From contig JAQUVC010000002.1 in NCBI GenBank assembly GCA_028693535.1, positions 1 to 39,131 of the forward strand: a stretch of DNA of 39,131 nucleotides, read 5' to 3'. This DNA is from Bacilli bacterium. Lineage in GTDB: Bacteria; Bacillota_I; Bacilli_A; ML615J-28; CAG-698. Position numbers and translations under genes: made by a program. Positions 15,671 to 25,848 of this stretch are shown one piece after another (position 1 is the first letter of the stretch; every line of letters starts with the position of its first letter). Under the pieces are notes generated by a model that saw nothing but the letters and a program-made list of their open reading frames with translations, was not told the origin of the DNA and ran no database searches.

Positions 15671-17605
15671 CTAACTTATTTTTGCAAAACTATTTTCTTT
15701 GGTCACTTGTAATACTTCTAAACTATCATCAGAACTACTTGCTGTTAGAATCATTCCTTCAGACAATTGTCCTCTAATTTTAACAGGTTTTAAATTAGCA
15801 ACTACCAATAATTTTTTTCCAATCAATTCTTGAGGGTTGTAAAACTGAGCAATTCCAGAAATAATCTGACGCACTTTGTCTTCAACTTTGATCTGAAAGA
15901 TTAATAGTTTGTCAGAACCTTCCATTTTTTTTGCTTCTAGCACTTCCCCGACACGAATATCAATTTTTTCAAAATCGCTTAGGGAAACCTCTTCTTTTGT
16001 TGGTTCTATGATTGCTTTTTCTGCTTCGTTTTGGTGATATTTTTGTTCTTCAATAACATCCAATCTCTTAAACAAAACATCTATTCTCTCTTTTACTTTT
16101 CCGGTATCAGTGACTCCAAATGTTAATTTTTGATAGCCTCTGTTATCATCAGAAACTTGTAAATTAGATAAAATCGTTTCTGCTGTCTCTGGAACAACGG
16201 ATGATATCATAATAGCAACCAATCTTAAGCTTTCATATAAATGATACATCACCTCATTTAGTTCTTCTTTTTTGGCTTCATCTTTTGCAAGAATCCAAGG
16301 AGACGTTTCATCGATATATTTATTGGCACGACTAACTAAATTCCATACTTCAATCAATCCACTTTGAAAACGAAAATTGGTAAAGGAATCATTGAATTTT
16401 TCGATTGTTTCTGCAGCAATTTTACTTAGTTCTATACTAATCGAATTTCGTATTTGTGTTGGCTTTTGAACACGACCAGCAAAATACTTGTTAATCATTG
16501 CAATTGTTCGACTCACAAGGTTCCCTAAGTCATTGGCCAAGTCGGTATTATAGCGTTCCACAAAACGATCATAAGAGAACAAACAATCGTTTCCTAGTGG
16601 CATTTCTCTTACTAAGTAATAGCGCAATGAATCAAGCCCATAACGCGATGTCACATCTTGTGGGTAAACAATGTTACCAACAGATTTCGACATTTTTCCT
16701 TCTTTCATTAGAACCCAACCATGAACATATAATTTAAAGTTTAGTGGAATATCTAACGCCATTAAAATAATCGGCCAAAAAATAGCGTGAAAGCGAAGAA
16801 TATCTTTACCAACTACATGGGCTACCACATCACCATTCAACCAATATTTATCAAATAAAGTTTCATCTTTTGAACCATATCCAAGTGCAGTGATATAATT
16901 ACACAAGGCATCAATCCACACATAAACAACATGCTTTGGGTTTGATAATACTGGGATTCCCCATTTAAATGAGGTCCGACTCACACACAAATCTTCTAAC
17001 CCTTGCTCAATAAAAGAAACTACTTCATTACGGCGTGATTCTGGTTGAATAAAATTAGGATGATCTGCAATATATTTTAATAAACGGTCACTATATTTTT
17101 TAAGATTTAAAAAGTAACTCTCTTCTTTAATCTTTCTCGTTGGTTTTCCACAATCAGGACAAATACATTCTTCTCCTACTTGCGTTTTCGTGAAGAAAGC
17201 TTCACACGATACACAGTAATCACCTTCATAGTATCCAAGGTAAATATCTCCACTTTGCAATAATCGTTCAAAGATTTGTTGGACAACCTCTGTATGACGA
17301 AGCTCTGATGTTTGAATAAAATCATCATTGGAAATATTCAATTTTTTCCATAAGGCTTTTGTGTTTTCCGCAATTTCATTGACAAAATCTTGCGGGTTTT
17401 TTCCAACTTTTTTGGCTGCTTCTTCTATTTTCAATCCGTGCTCATCCATACCTGTTAAATAATAGGTGTCATATTCTTTAAGGCGATGATAGCGAGCAAA
17501 AACATCACAAGCGATTGTTGTATATGAATTGCCTATATGAACATTCCCACTCGAATAATATATAGGCGTTGTCACATAACATGTTTTTTTGTTTTTCGTT
17601 TCCAT
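15671..17605 (-). CDS. metG: Methionine--tRNA ligase with C-terminal tRNA-binding (EMAP-like) domain
   Basis: ORF to 17623. The ATG at 17605 (METKNKKTCYVTTPIYY) is preceded by AGGAGA. HIGN motif, KMSKS, CxxC...CPDC zinc knuckle. C-terminal DIRVGEVLEAKK...GMIL domain. Confidence 0.95.
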   Translation of the reverse strand: METKNKKTCYVTTPIYYSSGNVHIGNSYTTIACDVFARYHRLKEYDTYYLTGMDEHGLKIEEAAKKVGKNPQDFVNEIAENTKALWKKLNISNDDFIQTSELRHTEVVQQIFERLLQSGDIYLGYYEGDYCVSCEAFFTKTQVGEECICPDCGKPTRKIKEESYFLNLKKYSDRLLKYIADHPNFIQPESRRNEVVSFIEQGLEDLCVSRTSFKWGIPVLSNPKHVVYVWIDALCNYITALGYGSKDETLFDKYWLNGDVVAHVVGKDILRFHAIFWPIILMALDIPLNFKLYVHGWVLMKEGKMSKSVGNIVYPQDVTSRYGLDSLRYYLVREMPLGNDCLFSYDRFVERYNTDLANDLGNLVSRTIAMINKYFAGRVQKPTQIRNSISIELSKIAAETIEKFNDSFTNFRFQSGLIEVWNLVSRANKYIDETSPWILAKDEAKKEELNEVMYHLYESLRLVAIMISSVVPETAETILSNLQVSDDNRGYQKLTFGVTDTGKVKERIDVLFKRLDVIEEQKYHQNEAEKAIIEPTKEEVSLSDFEKIDIRVGEVLEAKKMEGSDKLLIFQIKVEDKVRQIISGIAQFYNPQELIGKKLLVVANLKPVKIRGQLSEGMILTASSSDDSLEVLQVTKENSFAKIS

Positions 17606-17616
17606 AAAATTTTCTC

Positions 17617-18573
17617 CTACCATAAAACCTTAAATACTTTGTATTTTTCTAACACTGGTGGTGTATCATCCCCAAGTGCATCATTGATTGGCATTGTTAT
17701 AATTTGGTTGTTGCGTTGACAAACACAGACCCCTGTTTCATCATTGAGTAAGGCTTCTACTGCTTTGTAACCCATTTCTGAAGCCAAAACACGATCTTTC
17801 GCGGTTGGTCTTCCACCTCGTTGAATATGACCTAGTATCGTTGCTCGTGCATCAAAAGGAGTTTTTTCACTCACTTCTTTTGCCAACCAGTTCACATCAA
17901 CCATGTTTTCAGCAACGATAATAATCGCATGATTTTTTGCCTTTGCTGCTTGAGTTACATTATCAATGATTGCTTGCAAATCAAAGCCAGTTTCTTTACT
18001 GACAACAAATTCTGCACCAACAGCAATTGCTGTCCAAACAGCAATATCGCCACAGTTTCTACCCATTACTTCAATGATACTACAACGTCGATGACTACTC
18101 GATGTATCACGAAGCTTATCTACAGCCTCAACAACTGTATTTAAGGCAGTATCAAAGCCTATGGTAAAATCTGTACCACTAATATCATTGTCAATGGTTC
18201 CTGGAACGCCTACAGTATGAATTCCCATTTCCGAAAGTGCTAACGCTCCTCGATATGTACCATCACCACCGATAGTAACAACAGCATCGATTCCATAAAT
18301 AGCTAAGTTATCAATCGCAATTTGGCGAACTTCTTTCTTTGCAAAATCCTTTAAACGCGCTGTCCCTAAAAAAGTTCCTCCCAATCCTAGTCTTTCAGAA
18401 ACTGATTTACGGTACAATCTTTCGATACGACCTTCATACATTCCCAAATAGCCATCATGGATTCCATAAACCTCAATTCCCTTTTGAATTGCAGTACGAA
18501 CAACAGCTCTAATTGCTGCATTCATGCCCGGAGCATCACCACCTGATGTTAAAACACCAATCTTTTTAATCAT
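17617..18573 (-). CDS. pfkA: ATP-dependent 6-phosphofructokinase
   Basis: 318 aa. GVLTSGGDAPGMNAAIR, GGDGTYRGA, PGTIDND, GHIQRGG motifs. Confidence 0.96.
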   Translation of the reverse strand: MIKKIGVLTSGGDAPGMNAAIRAVVRTAIQKGIEVYGIHDGYLGMYEGRIERLYRKSVSERLGLGGTFLGTARLKDFAKKEVRQIAIDNLAIYGIDAVVTIGGDGTYRGALALSEMGIHTVGVPGTIDNDISGTDFTIGFDTALNTVVEAVDKLRDTSSSHRRCSIIEVMGRNCGDIAVWTAIAVGAEFVVSKETGFDLQAIIDNVTQAAKAKNHAIIIVAENMVDVNWLAKEVSEKTPFDARATILGHIQRGGRPTAKDRVLASEMGYKAVEALLNDETGVCVCQRNNQIITMPINDALGDDTPPVLEKYKVFKVLW

Positions 18574-18635
18574 AACGTACCTCTATATTCTCGTCTATTT
18601 TCCCTATAATAATTCATTATTATATCACATTTTTT

Positions 18636-21600
18636 TTATTTCACAACATAAATCTTTTCTAATATCATTTGTTTTTTATTATCGCGAACATCTACTTTGC
18701 CTTCACCAACATAAACAATTCCATACCCCAATAGCGCTGAATATTCTTGATAAACTCTTGGAAACACCACCGCATCAATGGTATCGGCATCATCATTGAT
18801 TTCTAGGAAAGCCATTTCTTCATTCTTCTTTGTTTTAATCACCTTAATATGGTCAATAGTAAATAAAATCTTTTGTTGTTGTCCTATTGTTAAATCAGAA
18901 ATAGAAATTGTTTTATATTTTTCCCTGATATTCGGATATTTCATGAAAACATCATATTTTAAATTAAACCCTAAATGTTCTTTTTCTAACCGAGAAATTT
19001 CTTCAAAACTATATTCCTCGTCATTAAAGATATGTTCTGATAATTTATCTTTTAAAATCGCCCCATAATTTGCTAGTTCCAAACTAGTTTCATACTCCAG
19101 CACCATTTGTTTGCGTGGGATTTTAAAGCAATCAAGTGCTCCAGCATAAATCATACTTTCAACAATTCGCTTATTTAGAATATCCTTTGTTCTACCAATA
19201 AACTCATCATAATTTTGATAACAACCATTTTTTTCCCTTTCTTCCAAAAGAGAATTTAAAGTCAAAGCTCCCAAATTCATGATTCCTAAAAAAGAATAAT
19301 AAATTCCTTCTTCCGTAGCAACAAAATCAGCACCGCTATGGTTGATAGAAGGTAAAAAAACCTTAATATTTCGACGATTACAGTTCTTTATATATGACTT
19401 TATCAGGCGAATACTTCCTATTGTGTTGCTCATTAATACCGCCATAAAATGCTTATAGTAGTGGCATTTTAAGTATCCCATTTGATAAGCAACTAGGGCA
19501 TAAGCTACCGAATGCGATTTATTAAACCCATAGTTTGCAAACTTGACAATATTATCATAAACCTCATTACTAATTGCTAAAGTATGCCCTTGCTTTGTTG
19601 CTTTACGAACGAATCGTTCCCGCTCAGCCACCAAAACACTTGCTGTTTTCTTTGTGATTGCTCGCCTTAGAATGTCAGCTTGACCAGCGGTATAGCCAGC
19701 AAACTTCTGAGCAATTTGAATAATTTGTTCTTGATATACAATAATACCATATGTAGATTTTAGAATATCCCGCAAATCAGGATGAAGATATTCAATTCTT
19801 TCTTGGCCAAACTTTCGTTTTACAAAAGAAGGTATCATGTCTTTTGGCCCTGGTCGAAACAACGCAATTGCATTAACAATGTCATTAAACTCGCTCGTTT
19901 TCATCATCATTAATGTCTTTCGCATACCTCCTGATTCTAGTTGAAACAACCCATCCGTATCTCCACTAGCAATCATTTTATATGTTTCTTTATCATCAAG
20001 TGGAATCGCATTGACACTCATTTTACTACCCGTCTTGGCAATGACTTCATCAATAATAGTAAGATTTCTAATTCCTAGAAAATCTATTTTTACCAAACCA
20101 ATCTTTTCCAAATCGCTCGCTTCATATTGTGTTTGAGAAAGACCATTGATACCATCCTGTAAAGGAGTGTAGTTTACCAAATCAACATCAGCCATAATAA
20201 TTCCTGCTGCATGAGTAGAAATATGTCGTGGTAAGCCTTCTAGTTTATAAACTAATGAAACTAGATAATGTATCTTTTCATTCTCTTTAATCATCTTTTG
20301 TAATAACGGATTGTCATTGGCAATTTCTGCCATTGTTTCAAAGCGATTACCAGCATATTTTAAAATCTCATTCAGATATAAATCGCTCATCTTCATCACT
20401 CTAGCAATATCACGAATTGCCAAACGGACACCAAATGTTCCAAATGTTGAAATATGAGCTACCTTCTCACTACCATATCGTCTACCAACATATTCAATGA
20501 CTTCATCACGGCGATTATCAGGAAAATCCATGTCAATATCAGGCATGGAAATACGTTCAGGATTCAAAAAACGCTCAAAGAGCAAGTCATATTCCAGCGG
20601 ATCAATATCGGTGATTCCTAGTGAATAGGAAACCAAAGAGCTCGGTGCTGACCCCCTACCAGGGCCAACTAGAATTCCTGCTTTCTTCGCATATTTAACA
20701 AAATCATACACAATGATAAAGTAATCGCTAAAACCCATTTTAATAATAACATCGAGTTCATACAATAATCGTTGACGATATTTTTCATAGTCAAAAGTTT
20801 TCCCTTTTAACCTTTTATTAAGACCAATCATCGCCAATTCCTTGAGATAATGATCTGTATTCTCTATATCTCCTGAATATACTGGCATTTTATAACGACC
20901 AAATTCAATCGCAACATTACATTTATTGGCAATATGAATTGTTTCTTTCACTAGTTGTGGATACTTACGAAATAAGTCTTTAGCCATAGTGGGAGAAATA
21001 AAGGTTTGGTTCATTTCTTTTTCTGTGTATGGATAATCATTTAATGATAAACCTATGCACTTCAACATTTTATATGCTTCAAAATCATCATGATCAAGAT
21101 AACTTGTTTTATTAATTGCTACCACTTGAAGTTGTAGCGAAGTAACATAATCAATCAAATCACTTGCCATATTTTTCATATCAATTGTTTGCAAATCGAT
21201 TCCCAAATAAATATCCGAAAAATACGTTTGATACTTACCAATCATCATCTTTGCTTCTTCGAAACTACCTTCTCGGTACAGCTTTACAATTTCGTTTTCA
21301 TCACTGGGAATGACTACCAAACAATTGCGAGCATTGCTACTAATGGTTTTTAAATCAATACCATCTTTGCTTTTTTTCGCAAGTGTTGCAATCTTAAGAA
21401 GCGATTGATAACCTTGATTATCTTTTGCATATAACAATAAAGAATTATAAAAGTTATACGTAGATACCACAGTTACATTGATACCGATAATTGGTTTAAT
21501 ACCATTTTCTTGGCACATCATATAGAACTTCAAAGCTCCATACATGTTATCCAAATCAGTGATGGCTAACGCTTGATAACCATACTCTTTGGCTTTTGCA

Positions 21601-21695
21601 ATTAACGATACCAATCTATTCGGTGATGACAATAAAGAATACTCGGTTTCTGTATACAAATTAACATATTTACTTGTTTCTTCTTGCTTCAACAT
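18636..21695 (-). CDS. dnaE: DNA polymerase III alpha subunit (DnaE type)
   Basis: 1019 aa. PHP region, palm motif PDIDMDF, FNKSHSVAYA, C-terminal OB fold. GAGGTG SD. Confidence 0.95.
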   Translation of the reverse strand: MLKQEETSKYVNLYTETEYSLLSSPNRLVSLIAKAKEYGYQALAITDLDNMYGALKFYMMCQENGIKPIIGINVTVVSTYNFYNSLLLYAKDNQGYQSLLKIATLAKKSKDGIDLKTISSNARNCLVVIPSDENEIVKLYREGSFEEAKMMIGKYQTYFSDIYLGIDLQTIDMKNMASDLIDYVTSLQLQVVAINKTSYLDHDDFEAYKMLKCIGLSLNDYPYTEKEMNQTFISPTMAKDLFRKYPQLVKETIHIANKCNVAIEFGRYKMPVYSGDIENTDHYLKELAMIGLNKRLKGKTFDYEKYRQRLLYELDVIIKMGFSDYFIIVYDFVKYAKKAGILVGPGRGSAPSSLVSYSLGITDIDPLEYDLLFERFLNPERISMPDIDMDFPDNRRDEVIEYVGRRYGSEKVAHISTFGTFGVRLAIRDIARVMKMSDLYLNEILKYAGNRFETMAEIANDNPLLQKMIKENEKIHYLVSLVYKLEGLPRHISTHAAGIIMADVDLVNYTPLQDGINGLSQTQYEASDLEKIGLVKIDFLGIRNLTIIDEVIAKTGSKMSVNAIPLDDKETYKMIASGDTDGLFQLESGGMRKTLMMMKTSEFNDIVNAIALFRPGPKDMIPSFVKRKFGQERIEYLHPDLRDILKSTYGIIVYQEQIIQIAQKFAGYTAGQADILRRAITKKTASVLVAERERFVRKATKQGHTLAISNEVYDNIVKFANYGFNKSHSVAYALVAYQMGYLKCHYYKHFMAVLMSNTIGSIRLIKSYIKNCNRRNIKVFLPSINHSGADFVATEEGIYYSFLGIMNLGALTLNSLLEEREKNGCYQNYDEFIGRTKDILNKRIVESMIYAGALDCFKIPRKQMVLEYETSLELANYGAILKDKLSEHIFNDEEYSFEEISRLEKEHLGFNLKYDVFMKYPNIREKYKTISISDLTIGQQQKILFTIDHIKVIKTKKNEEMAFLEINDDADTIDAVVFPRVYQEYSALLGYGIVYVGEGKVDVRDNKKQMILEKIYVVK

Positions 21696-21779
21696 CCAAT
21701 CACCTCAAAATGCATCGCGCATTAAGCTAATCTATCTATCTATAGTATAACATATTATCAAACTTTTTCCATTACAAAA

Positions 21780-23927
21780 TTAATTTTTGGTGTGTTTGAT
21801 TTTTCTAAAGCCATAGCCAACCCCTGTGCTAATAATCATAACACCTATACTCCATAGTAATAAATTGTGATTGTTGTTATTATTTTTTTGAAAAATAATT
21901 TTATCACCCATTTTTGCTGTAATCAGGGAGGTCTTGTTGAAACTATCTGTAAAAGCAAAGGAAAACTTTTCTAGACTATCACCAAAGCGGTTAATGGTAA
22001 TATGACCAATGGGAGTGTTATTCGCTTGCGCGATAAAAGTAAAATCAAGTAACTTTTGACGTTGATAATGAAGGCTACCAACATCATAAACAAGGTTCAC
22101 CATTGCTTGATATTCTTGATCTAATGCCAACCAAGGAAGCAATATCTCACTATCAGCAATTGGATATGACACAATTTCTTCCTTATCCTGATTCATTAAG
22201 GTGATTTCAAAATAACGAATCGTCTTGTCAGGATCTTGGAAACTAACACTCATCGTTGTATTAATATTGGTTAATTCAATCAAAGGAGCTTCCCTTATAA
22301 CCTTAACAATATAAGTAAATGATAAATCATGAGTGTCTGTATGATCAAGATTCCGATATGTCACTTTATTTATTGTTAATTGATGATTGCCATACGTATG
22401 AGGAGCAACAAGATTGATGACTAATTTATTCGTCGATTGATAATAAACAAAATCAGTTGTTTCTTGTCCATCAATGAAAAGTTTCTCAATCGCTTGAATT
22501 CCTGTAACTTCATAAATGAGTTTATATGCTTGTGAAGCATACACTTCAAAATCAGCACCATTATGCATATCCTCAACAAAAGCGATTTGTTTGCAAGAGA
22601 TGAAAAAACAGAATGTATTTATTTCACCATTGGCACCAACCAAATCCAACCTAACTTCTTTTTCTTCGTTCAAGGCATAATTGTTTAATATTTCATTGCC
22701 ATCAATATATGCTTTTCCAGTAAATAAAAGTTTATAGTTTATTGGATAAATACCACCATTTATTATATTCACTTCCAAAGGAACTTCAATTTCCTTTACA
22801 AGCGAAAACTCAATGCCAACTTTACTTTGATACCTTGTTGTTTGCTGATACTTCCCATAAATCTGAGGATTGTAAGCTGGGTCATATTTTTCTTCAACCA
22901 TCTCTGCTAAACCATAAAGCGTAGTCAACCTCTCTTCATCCCAATAAAAATCTAATAACCAAACTTTGTTTTGATGCAAATATAATATTCCTCTATTTGT
23001 GTATAAAAACATACCTTCATAGTAATCTTTATTTTGTGTTTCCCCGATGATTTCCATTTTTCCGAGATCAAACAAACGAATTTTTTCTGAGCTAATCAAT
23101 AAAAGCAAGCCGTTTTTCCCCATTTGCGTATAACAAAAGGTATCATTTAAATGAACTTTGTGAATGCTTTCTAAACTATCACTAAAATAACATAATTGAT
23201 GGTCAATCATCAAGCAAAGCATATTGTCATATAAACAATAGCTTTGAAAATGAACTACATCATTAATTGCAATGTCATTGATGATGCGCATTTGTGCATC
23301 TAGTACAGCAATCCCTAATACATTATTACCAATACCACTATAAGCAAAATCTCCACCCGATAGTGGATCTTTACGAAAGAATAAAAATGATCGATCACCA
23401 TCAATAATCAATCCCAACCCCACTTCATCCTTTGCTCCTCCTAAGGCATACGTGAAAATTTGATGGTCAGCGGTTATTTTAATAATCATAATATCTTTTA
23501 AAGCCAACTCTTGGCAATAACTGATAATTGTATGATCATAATTGGCTATTGATCCTAGAATATAGAAATCACCATCATCGGTAAAAAACTGATTGATTTC
23601 AATCATCGCATCTCTTATAACTAAAGTGTGATTAACTACCATACCATTCTGATTAAGCTCTAAGAAATAAAGTTCTGTCCCTTGAAAATAAATGATACCA
23701 AGATTATCAAGGTAGCGAACAATATGAGGATTCGTTATGTCATTAAGATCGTATTTCCAACCACTCCTATTTTCAATCAAATAGTTTTCTTCATCTTCTT
23801 TGATTAAACTTGTGATTCCATCACTCCAAATGATTTCTGCTTGTACTATTATCTCTTCTGTTATCATTCCCCAATTAGAATTATAAGTAAATATCATGCT
23901 TGCAAATAACAATGCGATTTTAATCAT
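21780..23927 (-). CDS. Hypothetical tail-anchored surface protein (paralogue B)
   Basis: ORF to 23969. The ATG at 23927 (MIKIALLFASMIF, signal-like) has an AAGGAGAAAG SD and overlaps the upstream stop by 8 nt. C-terminal TM LLLWSIGVMIISTGVGYGF plus RKIKHTKN. Shares the IEVP.-.NI.N...F.G..Y..G..I module with the upstream gene. No family recognised. Confidence 0.6.
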   Translation of the reverse strand: MIKIALLFASMIFTYNSNWGMITEEIIVQAEIIWSDGITSLIKEDEENYLIENRSGWKYDLNDITNPHIVRYLDNLGIIYFQGTELYFLELNQNGMVVNHTLVIRDAMIEINQFFTDDGDFYILGSIANYDHTIISYCQELALKDIMIIKITADHQIFTYALGGAKDEVGLGLIIDGDRSFLFFRKDPLSGGDFAYSGIGNNVLGIAVLDAQMRIINDIAINDVVHFQSYCLYDNMLCLMIDHQLCYFSDSLESIHKVHLNDTFCYTQMGKNGLLLLISSEKIRLFDLGKMEIIGETQNKDYYEGMFLYTNRGILYLHQNKVWLLDFYWDEERLTTLYGLAEMVEEKYDPAYNPQIYGKYQQTTRYQSKVGIEFSLVKEIEVPLEVNIINGGIYPINYKLLFTGKAYIDGNEILNNYALNEEKEVRLDLVGANGEINTFCFFISCKQIAFVEDMHNGADFEVYASQAYKLIYEVTGIQAIEKLFIDGQETTDFVYYQSTNKLVINLVAPHTYGNHQLTINKVTYRNLDHTDTHDLSFTYIVKVIREAPLIELTNINTTMSVSFQDPDKTIRYFEITLMNQDKEEIVSYPIADSEILLPWLALDQEYQAMVNLVYDVGSLHYQRQKLLDFTFIAQANNTPIGHITINRFGDSLEKFSFAFTDSFNKTSLITAKMGDKIIFQKNNNNNHNLLLWSIGVMIISTGVGYGFRKIKHTKN

Positions 23928-25746
23928 TTTTCTTTCTCCTTTGCGGAATAACCAAACCAATAGCAACACCTATAATGGCAATTGTTAAGAGAATATAAAT
24001 ATAGTACGATGATGAAGATTGCTTTTGTTCCTGATAACGAATGGTTATTTTATCTGTTTTTGGGGGACTCTCTACTTGATATTGTTGCTTAAAATCGATA
24101 TGCTCCATGATAGAAATATCAGTCATACCAAGCGATTTTTTCTTTACTGTGAATGTATAATATAGTGTTTTATCTACTCCTTGAAGTTCAAGTAAGTAAC
24201 TACCTTCTTGCCAACAAACGTAACCTGCATCAATTTTTTCACCATTTAAGTAGCCTATGCCATTAAAATCAAGAATCAAGCCACAATCATAGGTTTCTTT
24301 ATTTACAATATTTATTCTCACCGGCACCTCGATTACAGAAGGTAAAACAAAAGTATACTCTCCTAAGCTATACTCATATAAATTGGTTGTTTTTCCAAAT
24401 ATACTACCATTTTGATTGTTTGTTAGCGCCCTACTTGATAAATATAAGCCATTAAAAGATACCGACGCATCGTTTATTTTTATATGCAAATGGCTTTCCA
24501 AATAGGGTTGTTGGTAACCATTCCATTTTGTTAGACTCGAACAATAAATAATGTTGTTGATAAGATATACAGAAACAGGAATATCATTGTTTGTACTAGG
24601 CCTTTCTGTTTGATGAATCATTTGCCAATCACTCGAAAAAATTATAAATTTGTAAGCATAAGAATTCCCTTTTTTCATATTACAACAAATGGTAATGTAG
24701 TCCCCAATAGTAATTGCATAATCGTAGAATCTTCCTTCATCATAACTAAGTTTTAATTTGGTTTCATTCAACATATTGAGTTCCCAATCATAATAAGAAA
24801 ACATCAAACCATTATCCCAATAATCATGACTGATAATTGCTAACTTATCTTTTGTTATAACCAGCTCTGACTTCTTAAATCGATATTGATTATCTAAAGA
24901 AACATGATTTTGGTATTCTAAGCGGTAATCGTAGCTTACGATCGCACGGAACTCTCCGTCTTCATTTGCATTAGTAAAATAACCAGAACCAGCAAACTGC
25001 ATATAAATATAAAGTTTATCATTGTTCATTTGTGCTCCATATAACTGATTATTACCATCGTTTCCCAGCAAACTAACCTCGTGAACCTGAAAATTTTTCT
25101 TATTTACAAAGCCAACAACAACATTTTGGTTGTTTACATGATGAGAATAAAAATCGCCATCATTAGCGAAGGTAGTACCAACAAAATAATATCGATCTTG
25201 ATAGTTAAAAATACTATTTCCTTCACTAATATGATTCCCTCCTAATAAAATTTTGTCTTTTAAAACTCCATTGGTATTAAACTTTGCAATTACAATCATA
25301 TTCGCTTGCGTAATGGTTTCATAGTTACCAATTATAATAATATCCTCATCATCTATCAGGGCATCTTTAATCACACCATAGCCCCAGTCGATAAGAACTT
25401 CTTCCCAAATGAGTTCCTCGTTTTCATAATAAGCAAGATAAGGAAACTCTGGTAAGTTTTCCGTTCGAAAAGGATGATTACCTGTATCCACTCTTCCAAT
25501 TAGATAATAACTGTTATCACTGATACCAATGGTTTTTGTGATATGATAATCATAATTATGTTTCAACAAGAATAAATCCTTACTAAATTCAATTCCCTTT
25601 CTATATTCATCCTCATCAATTTTAGTAATCACTTCCTCATCATCAAAATATGGTACAACATCTTCTTCATCTGCAGTCGTAAATACCTCATTATGACAAT
25701 AAAATGGTGAAAATATTAGCATTAAGTTCAACAATAATAGTTTCAT
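23920..25746 (-). CDS. Hypothetical tail-anchored surface protein (paralogue A)
   Basis: 608 aa. Signal peptide MKLLLLNLMLIFSPFY. Repetitive beta-rich ectodomain (YYLIGR, IIIGNYE, YYFVGTTFANDGDFYS, propeller-repeat-like). C-terminal TM YIYILLTIAIIGVAIGLVI plus PQRRKKND. AGGAGGAAG SD. Confidence 0.6.
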   Translation of the reverse strand: MKLLLLNLMLIFSPFYCHNEVFTTADEEDVVPYFDDEEVITKIDEDEYRKGIEFSKDLFLLKHNYDYHITKTIGISDNSYYLIGRVDTGNHPFRTENLPEFPYLAYYENEELIWEEVLIDWGYGVIKDALIDDEDIIIIGNYETITQANMIVIAKFNTNGVLKDKILLGGNHISEGNSIFNYQDRYYFVGTTFANDGDFYSHHVNNQNVVVGFVNKKNFQVHEVSLLGNDGNNQLYGAQMNNDKLYIYMQFAGSGYFTNANEDGEFRAIVSYDYRLEYQNHVSLDNQYRFKKSELVITKDKLAIISHDYWDNGLMFSYYDWELNMLNETKLKLSYDEGRFYDYAITIGDYITICCNMKKGNSYAYKFIIFSSDWQMIHQTERPSTNNDIPVSVYLINNIIYCSSLTKWNGYQQPYLESHLHIKINDASVSFNGLYLSSRALTNNQNGSIFGKTTNLYEYSLGEYTFVLPSVIEVPVRINIVNKETYDCGLILDFNGIGYLNGEKIDAGYVCWQEGSYLLELQGVDKTLYYTFTVKKKSLGMTDISIMEHIDFKQQYQVESPPKTDKITIRYQEQKQSSSSYYIYILLTIAIIGVAIGLVIPQRRKKND

Positions 25747-25806
25747 ATTTCTTCCTCCTATATCTATATATTAGGAAAAAGGCTTCGCATTTCTTTTTAT
25801 CAATAT

Positions 25807-25836
25807 AAAAAAAGTACCAAACAAATGTTTGGTACC
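25807..25836 (-). terminator. Rho-independent terminator after ackA
   Basis: Minus strand GTACCAAAC-ATTT-GTTTGGTAC (25835-25814) followed by TTTTTTTAT. Confidence 0.85.
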
Positions 25837-25848
25837 TGAGTATTCTAT

